Below, in pieces: positions 35,966-46,612 of a DNA stretch of 64,000 nucleotides. Location of the stretch: assembly GCA_965116065.1 (NCBI GenBank), contig OZ220485.1:3112989-3176988 (forward strand). Reading direction: 5' to 3'. Numbering within the stretch: the stretch's first letter is position 1; each line of letters begins with the position of its first letter. Both the position numbers and the translations under genes were made by a program. The stretch is from Bryobacterales bacterium (GTDB taxonomy: Bacteria; Acidobacteriota; Terriglobia; Bryobacterales; UBA6623). The notes under the pieces were generated by a model. That model saw only the letters and a list, made by a program, of their open reading frames with translations. It ran no database searches and was not told where the DNA came from.

Positions 35966-36964
35966 ATGACCGGAGCGATCCTATCCCCATTCCCGTTTGC
36001 CGCGGTCTGCATCGCAGCAGTCTTCGTCCCGTCGCTTCCATCGCAGACCGGGGCACCGGAGCCTCCGCCGGCAAACGAAGCCGTGACGCTCGCCTACGAG
36101 CCTGCGGACGCCTCGATTCACGAGATCACGGAGACCTTCTCCTCCGTGACGACGGAGGGGGAGACGACGGTCACCGATGTCTGGGAACGTGTCAGCCGTC
36201 TTCTGGTGACCTGCACCGACGACGGCTACACCAATTCCGTCACGATCAAGTCGCAGACGATCTCCCGCAACGGCAACGTCGTGCCCAGCCCGATGCACAC
36301 GGCACTGGCAGGTCTGGACCTCACCCACACGCTGGGTAAGGACGGCACGCTGACCAGCGTCACGGGCTACGACCTGCTGCCAGGGAAGATGGCGGAGGCC
36401 TTCGCGGCGCCTTTCGCGTCGACAATGAGTGACCTGCTGAACGTCGAGGCGCTCAGGCAGCGTGACGAAGAGACATATCGACAGATCTATGCCGGAATCC
36501 TGGGAGAGGAGATGGCCGTGGGCGTGGCGATGCCGATGGCCGAGAGTCGACTCCTGCCCGAAGAGGGCCAGGTGATCCTGTATGCGGTCTCCACACTGAC
36601 CCGGGATGGGAGCGGGGATGACGCGGTGGTCAAGGTGACCAGGAGACTGAATTCGAACTCGACCGCCTTGGCAACCGAGTTCGACGGCATCGCCGCCGCC
36701 ACACTGAACGCGAAGGGCACCGAGGCAAAGCTGAGCACGATGATCCCGGACGACCTGGCGGCGGTATCGGTCACGGGAACGGACGAGACGGTCATCGACC
36801 TTGACGGCCTGCTGATCGGCAAGCGGACGTTCAGCCTGACCTTCAACCTGACACCGAAGGTCAGCGCCGGCCAGACGGCAAAGGACGTGAGGGTCACCCA
36901 GACGCTCACCTTCACTGCGACACGCGTCGAGGATCTCCCTCCTTCAGGTACTCCCGAGGGCTAG
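35966..36964 (+). CDS. Secreted hypothetical protein
   Basis: ORF 35930..36964, with ATG 35966 preferred (MTGAILSPFPFAAVCIAAVFVPSLPSQ). I recognised no family. Confidence 0.65.
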   Translation: MTGAILSPFPFAAVCIAAVFVPSLPSQTGAPEPPPANEAVTLAYEPADASIHEITETFSSVTTEGETTVTDVWERVSRLLVTCTDDGYTNSVTIKSQTISRNGNVVPSPMHTALAGLDLTHTLGKDGTLTSVTGYDLLPGKMAEAFAAPFASTMSDLLNVEALRQRDEETYRQIYAGILGEEMAVGVAMPMAESRLLPEEGQVILYAVSTLTRDGSGDDAVVKVTRRLNSNSTALATEFDGIAAATLNAKGTEAKLSTMIPDDLAAVSVTGTDETVIDLDGLLIGKRTFSLTFNLTPKVSAGQTAKDVRVTQTLTFTATRVEDLPPSGTPEG

Positions 36965-37016
36965 GGCGCCGCGAGCCGGGCGCAGTCTTCGTTCGACAGG
37001 GTGAAGGCCGGGTGCC

Positions 37017-38672
37017 ATGAAGCTCGCGCTCGCCCAGATCAACCCCACGGTCGGGGATCTGGTTGCGAATACCGACCGCATCATGCGGTTCGCCGAACGG
37101 GCGAACCGACACGGTGTCGATCTGGTCATCTTTCCCGAACTCGCGATCAGCGGGTATCCACCACTGGACCTGATCGAGACTGCCGGATACGCAGACGCCA
37201 ACCTGACCCAGATCAAGAAACTGGCAGGTGCGAGTTCACGCCTTGATACTGCGATGGCCGTGGGCTACTGCGGGCCCGCCGAAGAACCGGGACGAGCAGC
37301 CAACTGCCTTGCCTGCATCCACCGAGGCCGGATCGTCCACACAAGCACGAAGCTGCTGCTGCCGACGTATGACGTATTCGACGAGGCTCGCTATTTCGTG
37401 CCAGGAGTGCATCCCGTCACATGGACGCTGGACGGCGTCCGGATCGGCTTGACGATCTGCGAGGACGGGTGGAACGACAAGCAGTTCTGGGAACGTTCGC
37501 GCTACGTTCGCGACCCGGTGGAGGAGCTGGCTACGCAGGGCATGGACCTGCTGGTGAACATATCCGCGTCGCCATACCACATGGGAAAGCGGCAGCTGCG
37601 GCTCGAAATGCTGCGAGCCACGGCAATGCGGCACCAGGTGCCGGCCGTGCTCGTCAACCAGGTGGGCGGCAACGACCAGTTGGTCTTTGACGGGGCCAGC
37701 TTCGGCGTCGACGGCAACGGCACGGTGCGTGCACGGGCGGGTTCTTTCGAGGAAGACCTAGTGTTCTGGGAACTCGCCGGGGCGGGCGAACTGCATGACC
37801 CGGCCTGGGACTCCACCGAGACCGGCGACATCGGGGCCGCCTACGATGCACTGGTCCTGGGGACGCGGGACTACGTGACGAAGTGCGGATTCCGGAAGGC
37901 GATCGTGGGCCTCAGCGGAGGAATCGACTCATCCCTGACCGTCGTTGTGGCGGCGGAGGCGCTGGGTCCGGAAAACGTCAACGGTGTCGCGATGCCCGGA
38001 CCGTACTCGTCCATCGGCAGCCTCGCTGATGCCAGGCACACGGCCGCCGCATTGGGCATCCGCCTGGAGACGATCGGGATCGGCCCGGCGTTCGACGCAT
38101 TCGAGAACCAGCTGGCTCCGATGTTCGATGGGCTGCCACCGGACGTCACGGAGGAAAACCTGCAGGCCAGGCTCCGCGGGGTGACCTTGATGGCACTCTC
38201 GAACAAGTTCCGGTCCATGGTGCTCACCACCGGCAACAAGAGCGAACTGGCGGTCGGTTACTGCACGATCTACGGTGACATGTGCGGAGGTCTCGCCGTC
38301 ATCAGCGACGTGCCCAAGACGCTGGCGTACCAACTGGCCGCTGTCGCGAACCAGCGGCATCCGGGATCCATCCCGGAGTCGGTGCTCAACAAGCCGCCGT
38401 CCGCAGAACTGCGCCCCGACCAGAGAGACTCCGATTCCCTGCCCCCGTACGAGACTCTGGACCCGATCCTGCGCCTATACGTGGAGGAGAATCTCTCGGC
38501 CAGCGCGATTGCAGCCGAACTGGGCGAACCCGAGGAGTTGGTCCGGCGGATCGCCAAGCTTGTCGACAGAAACGAGTACAAGCGCCAGCAAGCGGCGCCG
38601 GGGCTTCGCGTGACGTCGAAAGCGTTCGGCATCGGACGCAGATTCCCCATCGCGCAGAAGTACGTTCGCTAG
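37017..38672 (+). CDS. nadE: Glutamine-dependent NAD+ synthetase
   Basis: The 551-aa ORF has an N-terminal CN-hydrolase domain (VIFPELAISGYPP, ICEDGW). The C-terminal synthetase domain contains GLSGGIDSS, TGNKSELAVGY, YGDM and the KRQQAAPG tail. Confidence 0.95.
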   Translation: MKLALAQINPTVGDLVANTDRIMRFAERANRHGVDLVIFPELAISGYPPLDLIETAGYADANLTQIKKLAGASSRLDTAMAVGYCGPAEEPGRAANCLACIHRGRIVHTSTKLLLPTYDVFDEARYFVPGVHPVTWTLDGVRIGLTICEDGWNDKQFWERSRYVRDPVEELATQGMDLLVNISASPYHMGKRQLRLEMLRATAMRHQVPAVLVNQVGGNDQLVFDGASFGVDGNGTVRARAGSFEEDLVFWELAGAGELHDPAWDSTETGDIGAAYDALVLGTRDYVTKCGFRKAIVGLSGGIDSSLTVVVAAEALGPENVNGVAMPGPYSSIGSLADARHTAAALGIRLETIGIGPAFDAFENQLAPMFDGLPPDVTEENLQARLRGVTLMALSNKFRSMVLTTGNKSELAVGYCTIYGDMCGGLAVISDVPKTLAYQLAAVANQRHPGSIPESVLNKPPSAELRPDQRDSDSLPPYETLDPILRLYVEENLSASAIAAELGEPEELVRRIAKLVDRNEYKRQQAAPGLRVTSKAFGIGRRFPIAQKYVR

Positions 38673-38719
38673 GCTAGGAGTAGTAGCCTGGTCTCCGACC
38701 CGACGAGGACGAACACATC

Positions 38720-40168
38720 ATGACCATCACATCACGAATCTTGCGCGCAGGCCTGCTGGCACTCTGCGCAATCGTCGTTCTCGCCGCTGGCGGACTCTCC
38801 TACCTCTACTGGACGGACGCCTCGATTGGCCTCAGTGGGTCCGGTCGCGGGATCGTGGTCGAGTACGTCGACACGGAACGTCGCTGGCAGCGGATCGAGA
38901 CGCAGCAGGCACAGGCAGCAGTCGCTGCCGCGCACCCGACCCGACAGGATCTTTCGGGCACGGGGACTCTCGCCAAGCCAGAACCCCAGGGTGCAGAGCA
39001 ACCCGGTACGGCCAACAACTACTGGACAGACTACCGGGGCCCGCGCCGAGATGGTTCCTACACGCAGATGCCCCTCGACCTGACGTGGTCCGCCCAGGGG
39101 CCGCCCGAGATCTGGCGGCGGGAGGTGGGCGGCGGCTATGCCTCCATGGTGGTCGCCGATGCACTGGTCTATACCATCGAGCAACGCAGAGAAACGGAGG
39201 CAGTGACTGCCTACCGGCTGGAAGATGGTCGGCAGGCATGGGAATATTCATGGCCGTCACGCTTCAGCGAATCCATGGGAGGGGACGGACCGCGCGCCAC
39301 ACCGACATGGTCGGACGGGCACCTGTATGCGCTGGGCGCCAACGGAAGACTGGTCTGCCTCGCGGCCACCGATGGAAAGCTGATCTGGGAACGCAACATT
39401 CTGGACGACGCCGGGGCCGAGAACCTGACATGGGGCATGGCAGGCGCTCCGCTGGTCGTGGACGGCATGGTAATCGTGCATCCGGGAGGCCGAAACGGCA
39501 AGTCCGTATTTGCGTATGACCGGGCAACAGGCGAAGTGCGGTGGTCCGCACTCGACGACAAGGCGGGGTATGTGGCACCCCAGATCGCAACCCTGGCGGG
39601 ACGCCGACAGATCCTGCTGGTCACTGGCACGCGTGTCCTTGGTGCATCCATCGAGGACGGATCCGAACTGTGGAGCGTGGATTGGGAGACCAGTTACGAC
39701 GCGAACTGCGCCCAGCCCCTCGTCGTGGATGGAGAGCATGTCTTCGTCTCGTCCGGATACGGTCACGGAGCGGCACTCCTGCGGATCGCGGCATCCGACG
39801 GCCGCTTCGTGGCGGACCAGGTGTGGTTCAACCTCAACATGAAGAACAAGTTCAACCCGTCGGTTCTGGCCGACGGCGTTGTCTACGGGCTGGACGAGGG
39901 AATTCTCGCGGCAGTCGATGTCCTCACCGGCAAGCGCCTATGGAAGCAGGGCCGTTACCGCTACGGTCAGCTCCTCCATGCCAGCGGGCACCTGATCGTC
40001 ATTTCCGAGGAGGGAGAGCTGGCACTGGTCGAGGCAACGCCGGACCAGTACCGTGAGATCGCCCGCTTCGAGTCGATCGCGGGCAAGACCTGGAACGTAC
40101 CTGCCATTGCGAACGGGATCCTTCTCGTCCGCAACCAGACCGAGATGGCTGCATACGACCTTCGATAG
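38720..40168 (+). CDS. PQQ-like beta-propeller repeat protein (BamB-like fold), N-terminal membrane anchor
   Basis: The 482-aa ORF has the TM segment ILRAGLLALCAIVVLAAGGL. It has repeated motifs of the type ALVYTI..., GHLYALGANGRLVCLAATDGKLIWE, GVVYGLDEGILAAVDVLTGKRLW and GILLVRN. Confidence 0.85.
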   Translation: MTITSRILRAGLLALCAIVVLAAGGLSYLYWTDASIGLSGSGRGIVVEYVDTERRWQRIETQQAQAAVAAAHPTRQDLSGTGTLAKPEPQGAEQPGTANNYWTDYRGPRRDGSYTQMPLDLTWSAQGPPEIWRREVGGGYASMVVADALVYTIEQRRETEAVTAYRLEDGRQAWEYSWPSRFSESMGGDGPRATPTWSDGHLYALGANGRLVCLAATDGKLIWERNILDDAGAENLTWGMAGAPLVVDGMVIVHPGGRNGKSVFAYDRATGEVRWSALDDKAGYVAPQIATLAGRRQILLVTGTRVLGASIEDGSELWSVDWETSYDANCAQPLVVDGEHVFVSSGYGHGAALLRIAASDGRFVADQVWFNLNMKNKFNPSVLADGVVYGLDEGILAAVDVLTGKRLWKQGRYRYGQLLHASGHLIVISEEGELALVEATPDQYREIARFESIAGKTWNVPAIANGILLVRNQTEMAAYDLR

Positions 40169-40204
40169 ACGCCGCGTTCACCGATCCTCTTGAGCCCCTT
40201 GGAG

Positions 40205-41212
40205 ATGAGCCCAGCAACCCCGATCCCGGTCGCGGTCATAGGGGCGGGCAACTTCGGACGCCATCATGCCCGCGCCTATGCGAAACTGCCGGAGGCAACA
40301 CTCGTCGCGGTCGTTGACCGCGACATCGACCGCGCGCGTCACGTGGCGGACGAGCATGGCTGCGAGGCGTTGGCCACCGTGGACGGTCTAACGGGACGCG
40401 TTCTCGCTGCCAGCGTTGCAGTTCCGACGCAACACCATGCGTCTGTCGGAGTTCGTCTGCTGGACGAGGGGATCGACATCCTTGTGGAAAAGCCGATCGC
40501 TGACGACATGGAGTCGTCCGGGCATCTCATCGCCGCGGCCGAGCGGAACCGACGCATCCTTCAGGTGGGCCATCTCGAGCGATTCAACCCGGTCGTCGAA
40601 TCGGCGGCGGCCGTGGCCACCGTTCCCCTGTTCTTCGAGGTCCACCGCCTGAGTCCGTTCAGCCCGCGCAGTCTCGACATCGATGTGGTCCTTGACCTGA
40701 TGATTCATGATCTCGACATACTCCTGAGTCTGGTCGACTCCGAGATCTCCCAAGTGGACGCCAGCGGCCTCTCGGTGATCTCCGACCGGACGGACATCGC
40801 GAACGCCCGTGTCCAGTTCGAGAACGGATGTGTTGCGAATCTCACCTCCAGCCGGGTCTCGACGGAACGGATCCGGAAGTTGCGGTTCTTTCAGCCCCGG
40901 GAGTATGTCTCGCTCGATTACATCAGCCGCAAGGGCGTGCGCATCGCCCTGGATCCGGACAACAGGCTCCAGGTCACACCGCTCGCGGGGGCCAACGGGG
41001 AGCCGCTCCTGCGGCAACTGCGGTCGTTCCTGATGCGTGTCGCGGACCGCGCCACACCACAGGTGAGCGGACAGGACGGACAGGAAGCTCTTGGCCTGGC
41101 ACTTAAGATAAGGGAGTCGATCGACGGGCACTCCCTGTTGATCGCGAAGACTCTGGCGGACCGGAAGCAACTTGGAACCAAGACCCAACGTGGATCTGTT
41201 CGTCCTGCTTGA
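40205..41212 (+). CDS. Gfo/Idh/MocA-family NAD(P)-dependent oxidoreductase
   Basis: I prefer ATG 40205 over the TTG at 40190. Motifs seen are VAVIGAGNFGRHHA, LVAVVDRD, ILVEKP and LQVGHLERFNP. Confidence 0.85.
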   Translation: MSPATPIPVAVIGAGNFGRHHARAYAKLPEATLVAVVDRDIDRARHVADEHGCEALATVDGLTGRVLAASVAVPTQHHASVGVRLLDEGIDILVEKPIADDMESSGHLIAAAERNRRILQVGHLERFNPVVESAAAVATVPLFFEVHRLSPFSPRSLDIDVVLDLMIHDLDILLSLVDSEISQVDASGLSVISDRTDIANARVQFENGCVANLTSSRVSTERIRKLRFFQPREYVSLDYISRKGVRIALDPDNRLQVTPLAGANGEPLLRQLRSFLMRVADRATPQVSGQDGQEALGLALKIRESIDGHSLLIAKTLADRKQLGTKTQRGSVRPA

Positions 41213-42563
41213 GGACTATGGCAGGAGCATCGCGACGCGTGCATCCAGAACCAGGTCTTCCGATCTGCCGGGGAGTGATCGGCCCATCTGGCTGCTGACC
41301 GACGAGTTCGGAGCCCGGCAACGGTGGCAGTCATCGCACGGTCCGGCTCCGGCGGTCGTACCTGTCCTGGCGGGCCGTCCACCAGAACTCGAGGTGGCCC
41401 GATTCGATCCGTTCAGCCGCTATCGGAGGGCACCCGGCAACGGGACATGGCCGCCCGACAAGAAGACGCCACTGGAGCTGCAGATCGGGTGGGAGTCGGG
41501 TCGATTCCATGAATGGAGGCCTCACGCACTCGGCGCATCCGTCCTGATGCACATGGTCATGGCCAGCCTGCTGATGGTGCCGGGAACGATGCAACTCGAC
41601 ATGTCCGAACCGGCCGACTGGGATGCGGTCCGCATCACGCTGGCGACGCCTCCGCTCGACGACCTGCCTCCACTGGACGGCCCGAGCCCGTCGAAGCTTC
41701 CCGGTGATGCCGACGACGGTTTCCGGGGATTGCCCGCCCCGGAACCCGACCCCGGCCCTGCGGCATCATCCGAACTGCCCCCGTCTCCCGATCCGGCGAC
41801 GGAGGCAGAGGTCACGCAGCCGCTCGTCCCCGAGGAGCCGGAAGAGGCGGAAGAGTCCACCGCCTTGGCCGATGAACAGCAACCGGAGCCGGAAGAGGCG
41901 GCTCCGTTGGCCAAGAGTCCGGCCCCAGCAGAGTTCCAGGAAGGCACGGAACTTGCCCAAGCACGGGATCCGAGGCTGCTCCCGATGCCCAAGGCACCGA
42001 CTCGCAAGAGGGCAGTCCTGCAACTCGAGACTCCCAAGGCCGCGATGCCGAGCCGGCAAGGTAGCGCCCAGGCGGGGACTCTCGAGTTGACGGCTCGACC
42101 GGATCAGGTGATCGAAGGGGCAATCCGGCAGATGATCCACGGAGGCGGAGCACGGCAAGCCGTAGGTACCGGGTTCAGCGGCATCCCGTCGACGGAGACC
42201 CTGCCATCGGGGCCGGCCGAACCCCGCAGCATGCTGGAACTGCTGAGCGACCCGCGCGGCGTCGACTTCCGTCCGTACCTCACCCAGGTCCTGGCCGCCG
42301 TACGGCGAAACTGGCTCGCGGTGGTGCCCGAGAGCGCCCGGCTGGGCATGAGCCGGGGTCGAACATTGATCCAGTTCTCGGTTGCCCGGAACGGAAGCGT
42401 CCCGAAGCTCGTCATCGCGAAGAGCTCCGGGACGTCGCCCCTTGACCGTGCCGCCGTCGCGGGAATCAGCGCCTCGAATCCGTTCCCGCCGTTGCCCAGC
42501 GAGTACCTGGGCCAGGACATCCGGCTCCAGTTCACGTTCCTGTACAATATCCGCAATCCGTAG
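41172..42563 (+). CDS. TonB-family energy transducer (Pro/Glu-rich linker, C-terminal TonB domain)
   Basis: It has the TM segment ASVLMHMVMASLLMV and a PEPDPGPAASSELPPSPDP linker. The C-terminus reads YLTQVLAAVRRNW...IQFSVARNGSV..LVIAKSSGTSPLDRAAV. The start is uncertain: TTG 41172 overlaps the upstream gene, and GTG 41394 is an alternative. Confidence 0.75.
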   Translation: MEPRPNVDLFVLLEDYGRSIATRASRTRSSDLPGSDRPIWLLTDEFGARQRWQSSHGPAPAVVPVLAGRPPELEVARFDPFSRYRRAPGNGTWPPDKKTPLELQIGWESGRFHEWRPHALGASVLMHMVMASLLMVPGTMQLDMSEPADWDAVRITLATPPLDDLPPLDGPSPSKLPGDADDGFRGLPAPEPDPGPAASSELPPSPDPATEAEVTQPLVPEEPEEAEESTALADEQQPEPEEAAPLAKSPAPAEFQEGTELAQARDPRLLPMPKAPTRKRAVLQLETPKAAMPSRQGSAQAGTLELTARPDQVIEGAIRQMIHGGGARQAVGTGFSGIPSTETLPSGPAEPRSMLELLSDPRGVDFRPYLTQVLAAVRRNWLAVVPESARLGMSRGRTLIQFSVARNGSVPKLVIAKSSGTSPLDRAAVAGISASNPFPPLPSEYLGQDIRLQFTFLYNIRNP

Positions 42564-42658
42564 GTTCGGCTTGCATTTCGCCACGGCGCCGGAATCGGTG
42601 GCATCCGGATGCGGCAGGCACGCCAGCACCTGCCTGTTCGCATCCAGGAGACCAGAGA

Positions 42659-44104
42659 ATGGCAACCACTCGCAGAGACTTCCTTGGCCATATGGCAGCC
42701 GGTGCCGCACTGGGTCTCCCGGGTTGCGGGGCCTCTGGACCAGTCCGATGGAATATCGTCTGGATCATCGCGGATGACCTGTCGCCGGATCTCTCGTGCT
42801 ACGGCAGCGTGGATGTCGACACTCCCAACATCGACCGTCTGGCGTCCGAGGGCGCCCGCTTCACGAATGCGTATGTGACCTGTCCGGTCTGCTCGCCATC
42901 ACGGTCCGCCCTGATCACGGGCATGTACCAGACGAGTATCGGTGCCCACGCCCACCGCAGTCACCGGGATGACGGATTCGCCCTACCTCCACCGGTACGC
43001 CTGATCACGGAGTACTTTCTCGAAGCGGGCTACTATACCGTCAACGACCATGAGAGCGGCTTGGGCGGGCGCAACAAGACCGACTTCAACTTCGAACACG
43101 CCCGTCCCTTCGACGGAACGAATTGGCGGGATCGCGCACCGGACCAGCCGTTCTATGCGCAGGTGAACATCTTCGAACCCCATCGAGGGCGTCCACCCGA
43201 CATCTGGTCCTTCACGGACGGAGCCGAGGCACCCACCGACCCCGACTCCGTCAAGCCTCCCCGCTATTACCCGCAAACCGACATCGCAAGGACCGACTGG
43301 GCCGGCTACCTGGACGCGGTTCGCCTGCTGGACGAGAAGGTCGGCCGCGTACTTGATCGCATTGACGAGGACGGGCTGGCCGAGAACACGGTTGTCATGT
43401 TCTTCGGCGATCACGGTCGACCGTTTCCGCGGGACAAGCAGTTCCTGTATGACGGCGGCATTCGCGTCCCGCTGATCATCCGCTGGCCCGGACAGTTCGA
43501 GCCGGGCAGTGTCCGCGACGAGCTCGTGAGTTCCATCGACCTGTCGGCCACTTCGCTGTCGATTGCCGGTATCGATGTGCCGGATCATGTCGAGGGGCGC
43601 GTGTTCCTTGGTGATGGGAAAATGCCAGACCGGGAATACGTGTTCGCAGCCCGCGACCGCTGTGACGAGACGGTCGACCGGATCCGTGCCGTTCGCGACA
43701 AGCGCTACAAGTACATCCGGAACTACCACCCGGATCGGCCCTACATGCAGCTCAACCGCTACAAGGAAGTTTCCTACCCGATCTGGCGGGAGATGCTCCG
43801 GCTCGAAAAGGCGGGCGAGATTACAGCCGCAGACTTCCCCTTCCTTGCCAAGACCCGCCCAGAAGAGGAGCTCTACGACACTGTGGAGGATCCCGAGGAA
43901 CGGAACAATCTTGCCGGTTCCGGGGAACACCTGCAGACACTCACGAAGATGGCGTCGGCACTCGACCTCTGGATCCAGCACACCGGCGACAAGGGCGAAC
44001 AGGCCGAGGATCCCGCAATCGCGGCAGACTGGGAAGAGCGCATGTCCGGGACATACACCGATGCGTACGCAGCGCTCGCCGAACGGGAAGATCCCTGGAA
44101 GTGA
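42659..44104 (+). CDS. Tat-exported formylglycine-dependent sulfatase
   Basis: The 481-aa ORF has the twin-arginine signal MATTRRDFLGHMAAGAALG. It contains NIVWIIADDL and the CPVCSPSRSALITG signature. Confidence 0.9.
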   Translation: MATTRRDFLGHMAAGAALGLPGCGASGPVRWNIVWIIADDLSPDLSCYGSVDVDTPNIDRLASEGARFTNAYVTCPVCSPSRSALITGMYQTSIGAHAHRSHRDDGFALPPPVRLITEYFLEAGYYTVNDHESGLGGRNKTDFNFEHARPFDGTNWRDRAPDQPFYAQVNIFEPHRGRPPDIWSFTDGAEAPTDPDSVKPPRYYPQTDIARTDWAGYLDAVRLLDEKVGRVLDRIDEDGLAENTVVMFFGDHGRPFPRDKQFLYDGGIRVPLIIRWPGQFEPGSVRDELVSSIDLSATSLSIAGIDVPDHVEGRVFLGDGKMPDREYVFAARDRCDETVDRIRAVRDKRYKYIRNYHPDRPYMQLNRYKEVSYPIWREMLRLEKAGEITAADFPFLAKTRPEEELYDTVEDPEERNNLAGSGEHLQTLTKMASALDLWIQHTGDKGEQAEDPAIAADWEERMSGTYTDAYAALAEREDPWK

Positions 44105-44508
44105 ACGCTACCCGTGTGGCGGTCCTGATCGGGACCGGGGCCGTTGCCGCTCTGGGAGCGGGCTTCGCCGGTAGCGGCGTTCTGCTGGGAATGATCGCCG
44201 TAGTGCTGATCGTTCTGCTGGCAGTCCTGGGGCTGCCGGCAGGGGGACAGCGATCCCTTGTCGTCATGGGCGCACTTGCGACATGGGGAATCGCCTTCTG
44301 CGTCCTGATCGCGCTTGCTTACGGTCTGCACGATCCGTACCGGGAGCTGGCGATGATCGGCGGCTTCCCGGCTGCAACGGCGATCCTGGTCTACGGAACC
44401 ACGCCCGTCGGAATCGCGATGGGACTGATCTACGGATTCGCGTTCGACCGCACGATCCTCCCTGAACAGCGACAGCACGACTTCCTCGCCCGCTTCGGCA
44501 AGGAATAG
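44101..44508 (+). CDS. Small four-TM membrane protein upstream of the SSS transporter (possible accessory subunit)
   Basis: The 135-aa ORF has a GTG start that overlaps the sulfatase stop. It is almost entirely hydrophobic helices. I recognised no family. Confidence 0.55.
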   Translation: MNATRVAVLIGTGAVAALGAGFAGSGVLLGMIAVVLIVLLAVLGLPAGGQRSLVVMGALATWGIAFCVLIALAYGLHDPYRELAMIGGFPAATAILVYGTTPVGIAMGLIYGFAFDRTILPEQRQHDFLARFGKE

Positions 44509-44522
44509 TTGGCCAGACCTTC

Positions 44523-45995
44523 ATGCCGACCAGCGACTCCCACCTGATCCTCGGCTGCGTGGTCGTCTATCTTGCCAGCTGCGCCATCGTGGGCACATGG
44601 GCCCTACGACGGACATCCTCGTCATCGGATTTCTTTCTGGCCGGCAAGTCGCTCGGCATCGTCGTCGTGGTGATGGCAACGATCTCCAGCGTGATGAGCG
44701 GGTTCGGCTTCGTGGGCGGTCCGGGGTTGGTCTACGAGTCGGGCAGCAGTTCCCTCTGGATGGTCTTCGTGGCGACATTCAGCCTGCCGCTGGCTTTCTT
44801 CCTGACCGGGAAGCGGCTGCGCCTTCTCGCAGAGGTCCGCCCGATCCTCACGCTACCCGAAGCCGTCGCGGCTCGGTACGGCGGCCGCATGCCGGCGATC
44901 TCGATGAGCGTAGCGATCACTCTCGGGGTACTCGGGTACCTCGGCACCCAGGTCCTCGCGATCGGCACCGTACTGCAAGCCGTGCTCGGGGTCGATCTCA
45001 TCGTGGCACTCGTCATCGGCCTGGGCGTGCTTGCCTTCTATGCGATCGCGGGAGGCATCGTGGCCGGGGTGTACACCGACCTGTTCCAGGGAGTCCTGAT
45101 GCTCGGTGCCGCAATCGCCGTGCTGGCCCAGTGCGTAAAGGTCGGAGGGGGCATGTCGGCGATTTCGGAAACGTTGTGGGCGATGGACCCGGAGTTCATC
45201 GGGCCCTGGGGCACTCGCGGGGACCTCGCAGCGATGAGTTGGATGCTGCTGTTCGGAATCGGCGCTGCCGGACAGCCCCATGCCATCACGAAGCTGATGA
45301 TGCTCAAGGACATTCGCCAACTCAAATGGGGAGCGATCGCGACCGGCGCGAGTTACATGGTGCTGGCGATGCTCTGGATGGGGATCGGACTGGCGATGCG
45401 GACTCTGGTCGCCCGTGGCGACCATCCTCCCTTGCAGAATCCGGACCTGGCCGCACCGACATTCCTTCTCAACTACACACCGGAGATCCTGGCCGGAATC
45501 GTGTTCGCGGGCCTTCTGGCGGCGATCATGTCGACAGCCGACTCATTCCTCAACCTGGGAGCGGCCGCCATCGTGCGGGACATTCCCATGGCACTCCGCG
45601 GGAAGCCACTCCCCCGTGAGTTGCTCTGGTCCCGCCTGGCAACGGGCGCTCTGCTGCTCCTTTCGGCGGTGTTCGCGCTGTACATGGAGAACCTGATTGC
45701 CCTGCTCGGCACGTTCGGGTGGGGTACGTTCGCAGCAGCGATCGTGCCGAGTGTCTGTATCGGCATGAACTGGAAGCGGGCCACCGGGCCGGCGTGCGTC
45801 GCATCAATCGCAGCCAGCATCATGCTGAACTTCGTGCTCGAGGTGTCCGCGAGACACGGCAACCCGTTGCTGCCGCCGGGGCTCGCCGTCGGAGCGGTTG
45901 CCTTGCTGGCATCGACGGCGATATTCGTTGGTGTCTCCCTGGTCAGCAGGCCCCGAGAGTTGGCACCCGACGTGGATGCGCTCCTGGAAATCTAG
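44523..45995 (+). CDS. Sodium:solute symporter (SSS) family transporter
   Basis: The 490-aa polytopic ORF contains FFLAGKSLG, GGPGLVY, YTDLFQG and ILAAIMSTADSFLN. Confidence 0.9.
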   Translation: MPTSDSHLILGCVVVYLASCAIVGTWALRRTSSSSDFFLAGKSLGIVVVVMATISSVMSGFGFVGGPGLVYESGSSSLWMVFVATFSLPLAFFLTGKRLRLLAEVRPILTLPEAVAARYGGRMPAISMSVAITLGVLGYLGTQVLAIGTVLQAVLGVDLIVALVIGLGVLAFYAIAGGIVAGVYTDLFQGVLMLGAAIAVLAQCVKVGGGMSAISETLWAMDPEFIGPWGTRGDLAAMSWMLLFGIGAAGQPHAITKLMMLKDIRQLKWGAIATGASYMVLAMLWMGIGLAMRTLVARGDHPPLQNPDLAAPTFLLNYTPEILAGIVFAGLLAAIMSTADSFLNLGAAAIVRDIPMALRGKPLPRELLWSRLATGALLLLSAVFALYMENLIALLGTFGWGTFAAAIVPSVCIGMNWKRATGPACVASIAASIMLNFVLEVSARHGNPLLPPGLAVGAVALLASTAIFVGVSLVSRPRELAPDVDALLEI

Positions 45996-46612
45996 CTGAC
46001 GAATCACAGCCGGTTTGACTACCACCGGCCTTCGGCACCATGGGACGGGATGGGGACGGTCAGAAACGGAACCGCAACATGTTCCTTGTCTGGTGGGACA
46101 ACGATTCCCCGGAGACTTACCGTTGCCTTCGAGTCCGGTCGTACTCCGGGCGGATTCAATGCGTCTGCCTGCTGCCTGAACCAGCGATTGCAACGCAAGA
46201 AGTGTCGCGGTAGCCGGTCAGCATGGCCCAATCTGTCGCCGAAGGCGCCAACCAGCTCAACGCAGAGTATGGGTCGAAAGAGCTGCCGTGCATATCGTTG
46301 GCAATGGTCGGACGCACCTGGTGTTGCATCAACCGCAACATTGCTGGTAGCCGAGTTGACTCGACCGGAAGATCTCGTCGGACTGCTTCCGCCGGGAGGG
46401 CACCTTCAATAACGTGCGACAGCCATAGCACGGCAGTTGCCGAAACGTTGCCGATTGCAAGCCGCTGGCTCGGACGCAGCGATCTTCACAGGCCGCGTCT
46501 GGACTACTGGACTATCGAGGCGGCGACTGGACTCCAGCCCCCTCTGAGCGGGCAGCCGGAGACCATCAGGAATTCCGGCCGCCATGGACTCGCTCTGGCG
46601 GGGCGGAACTGG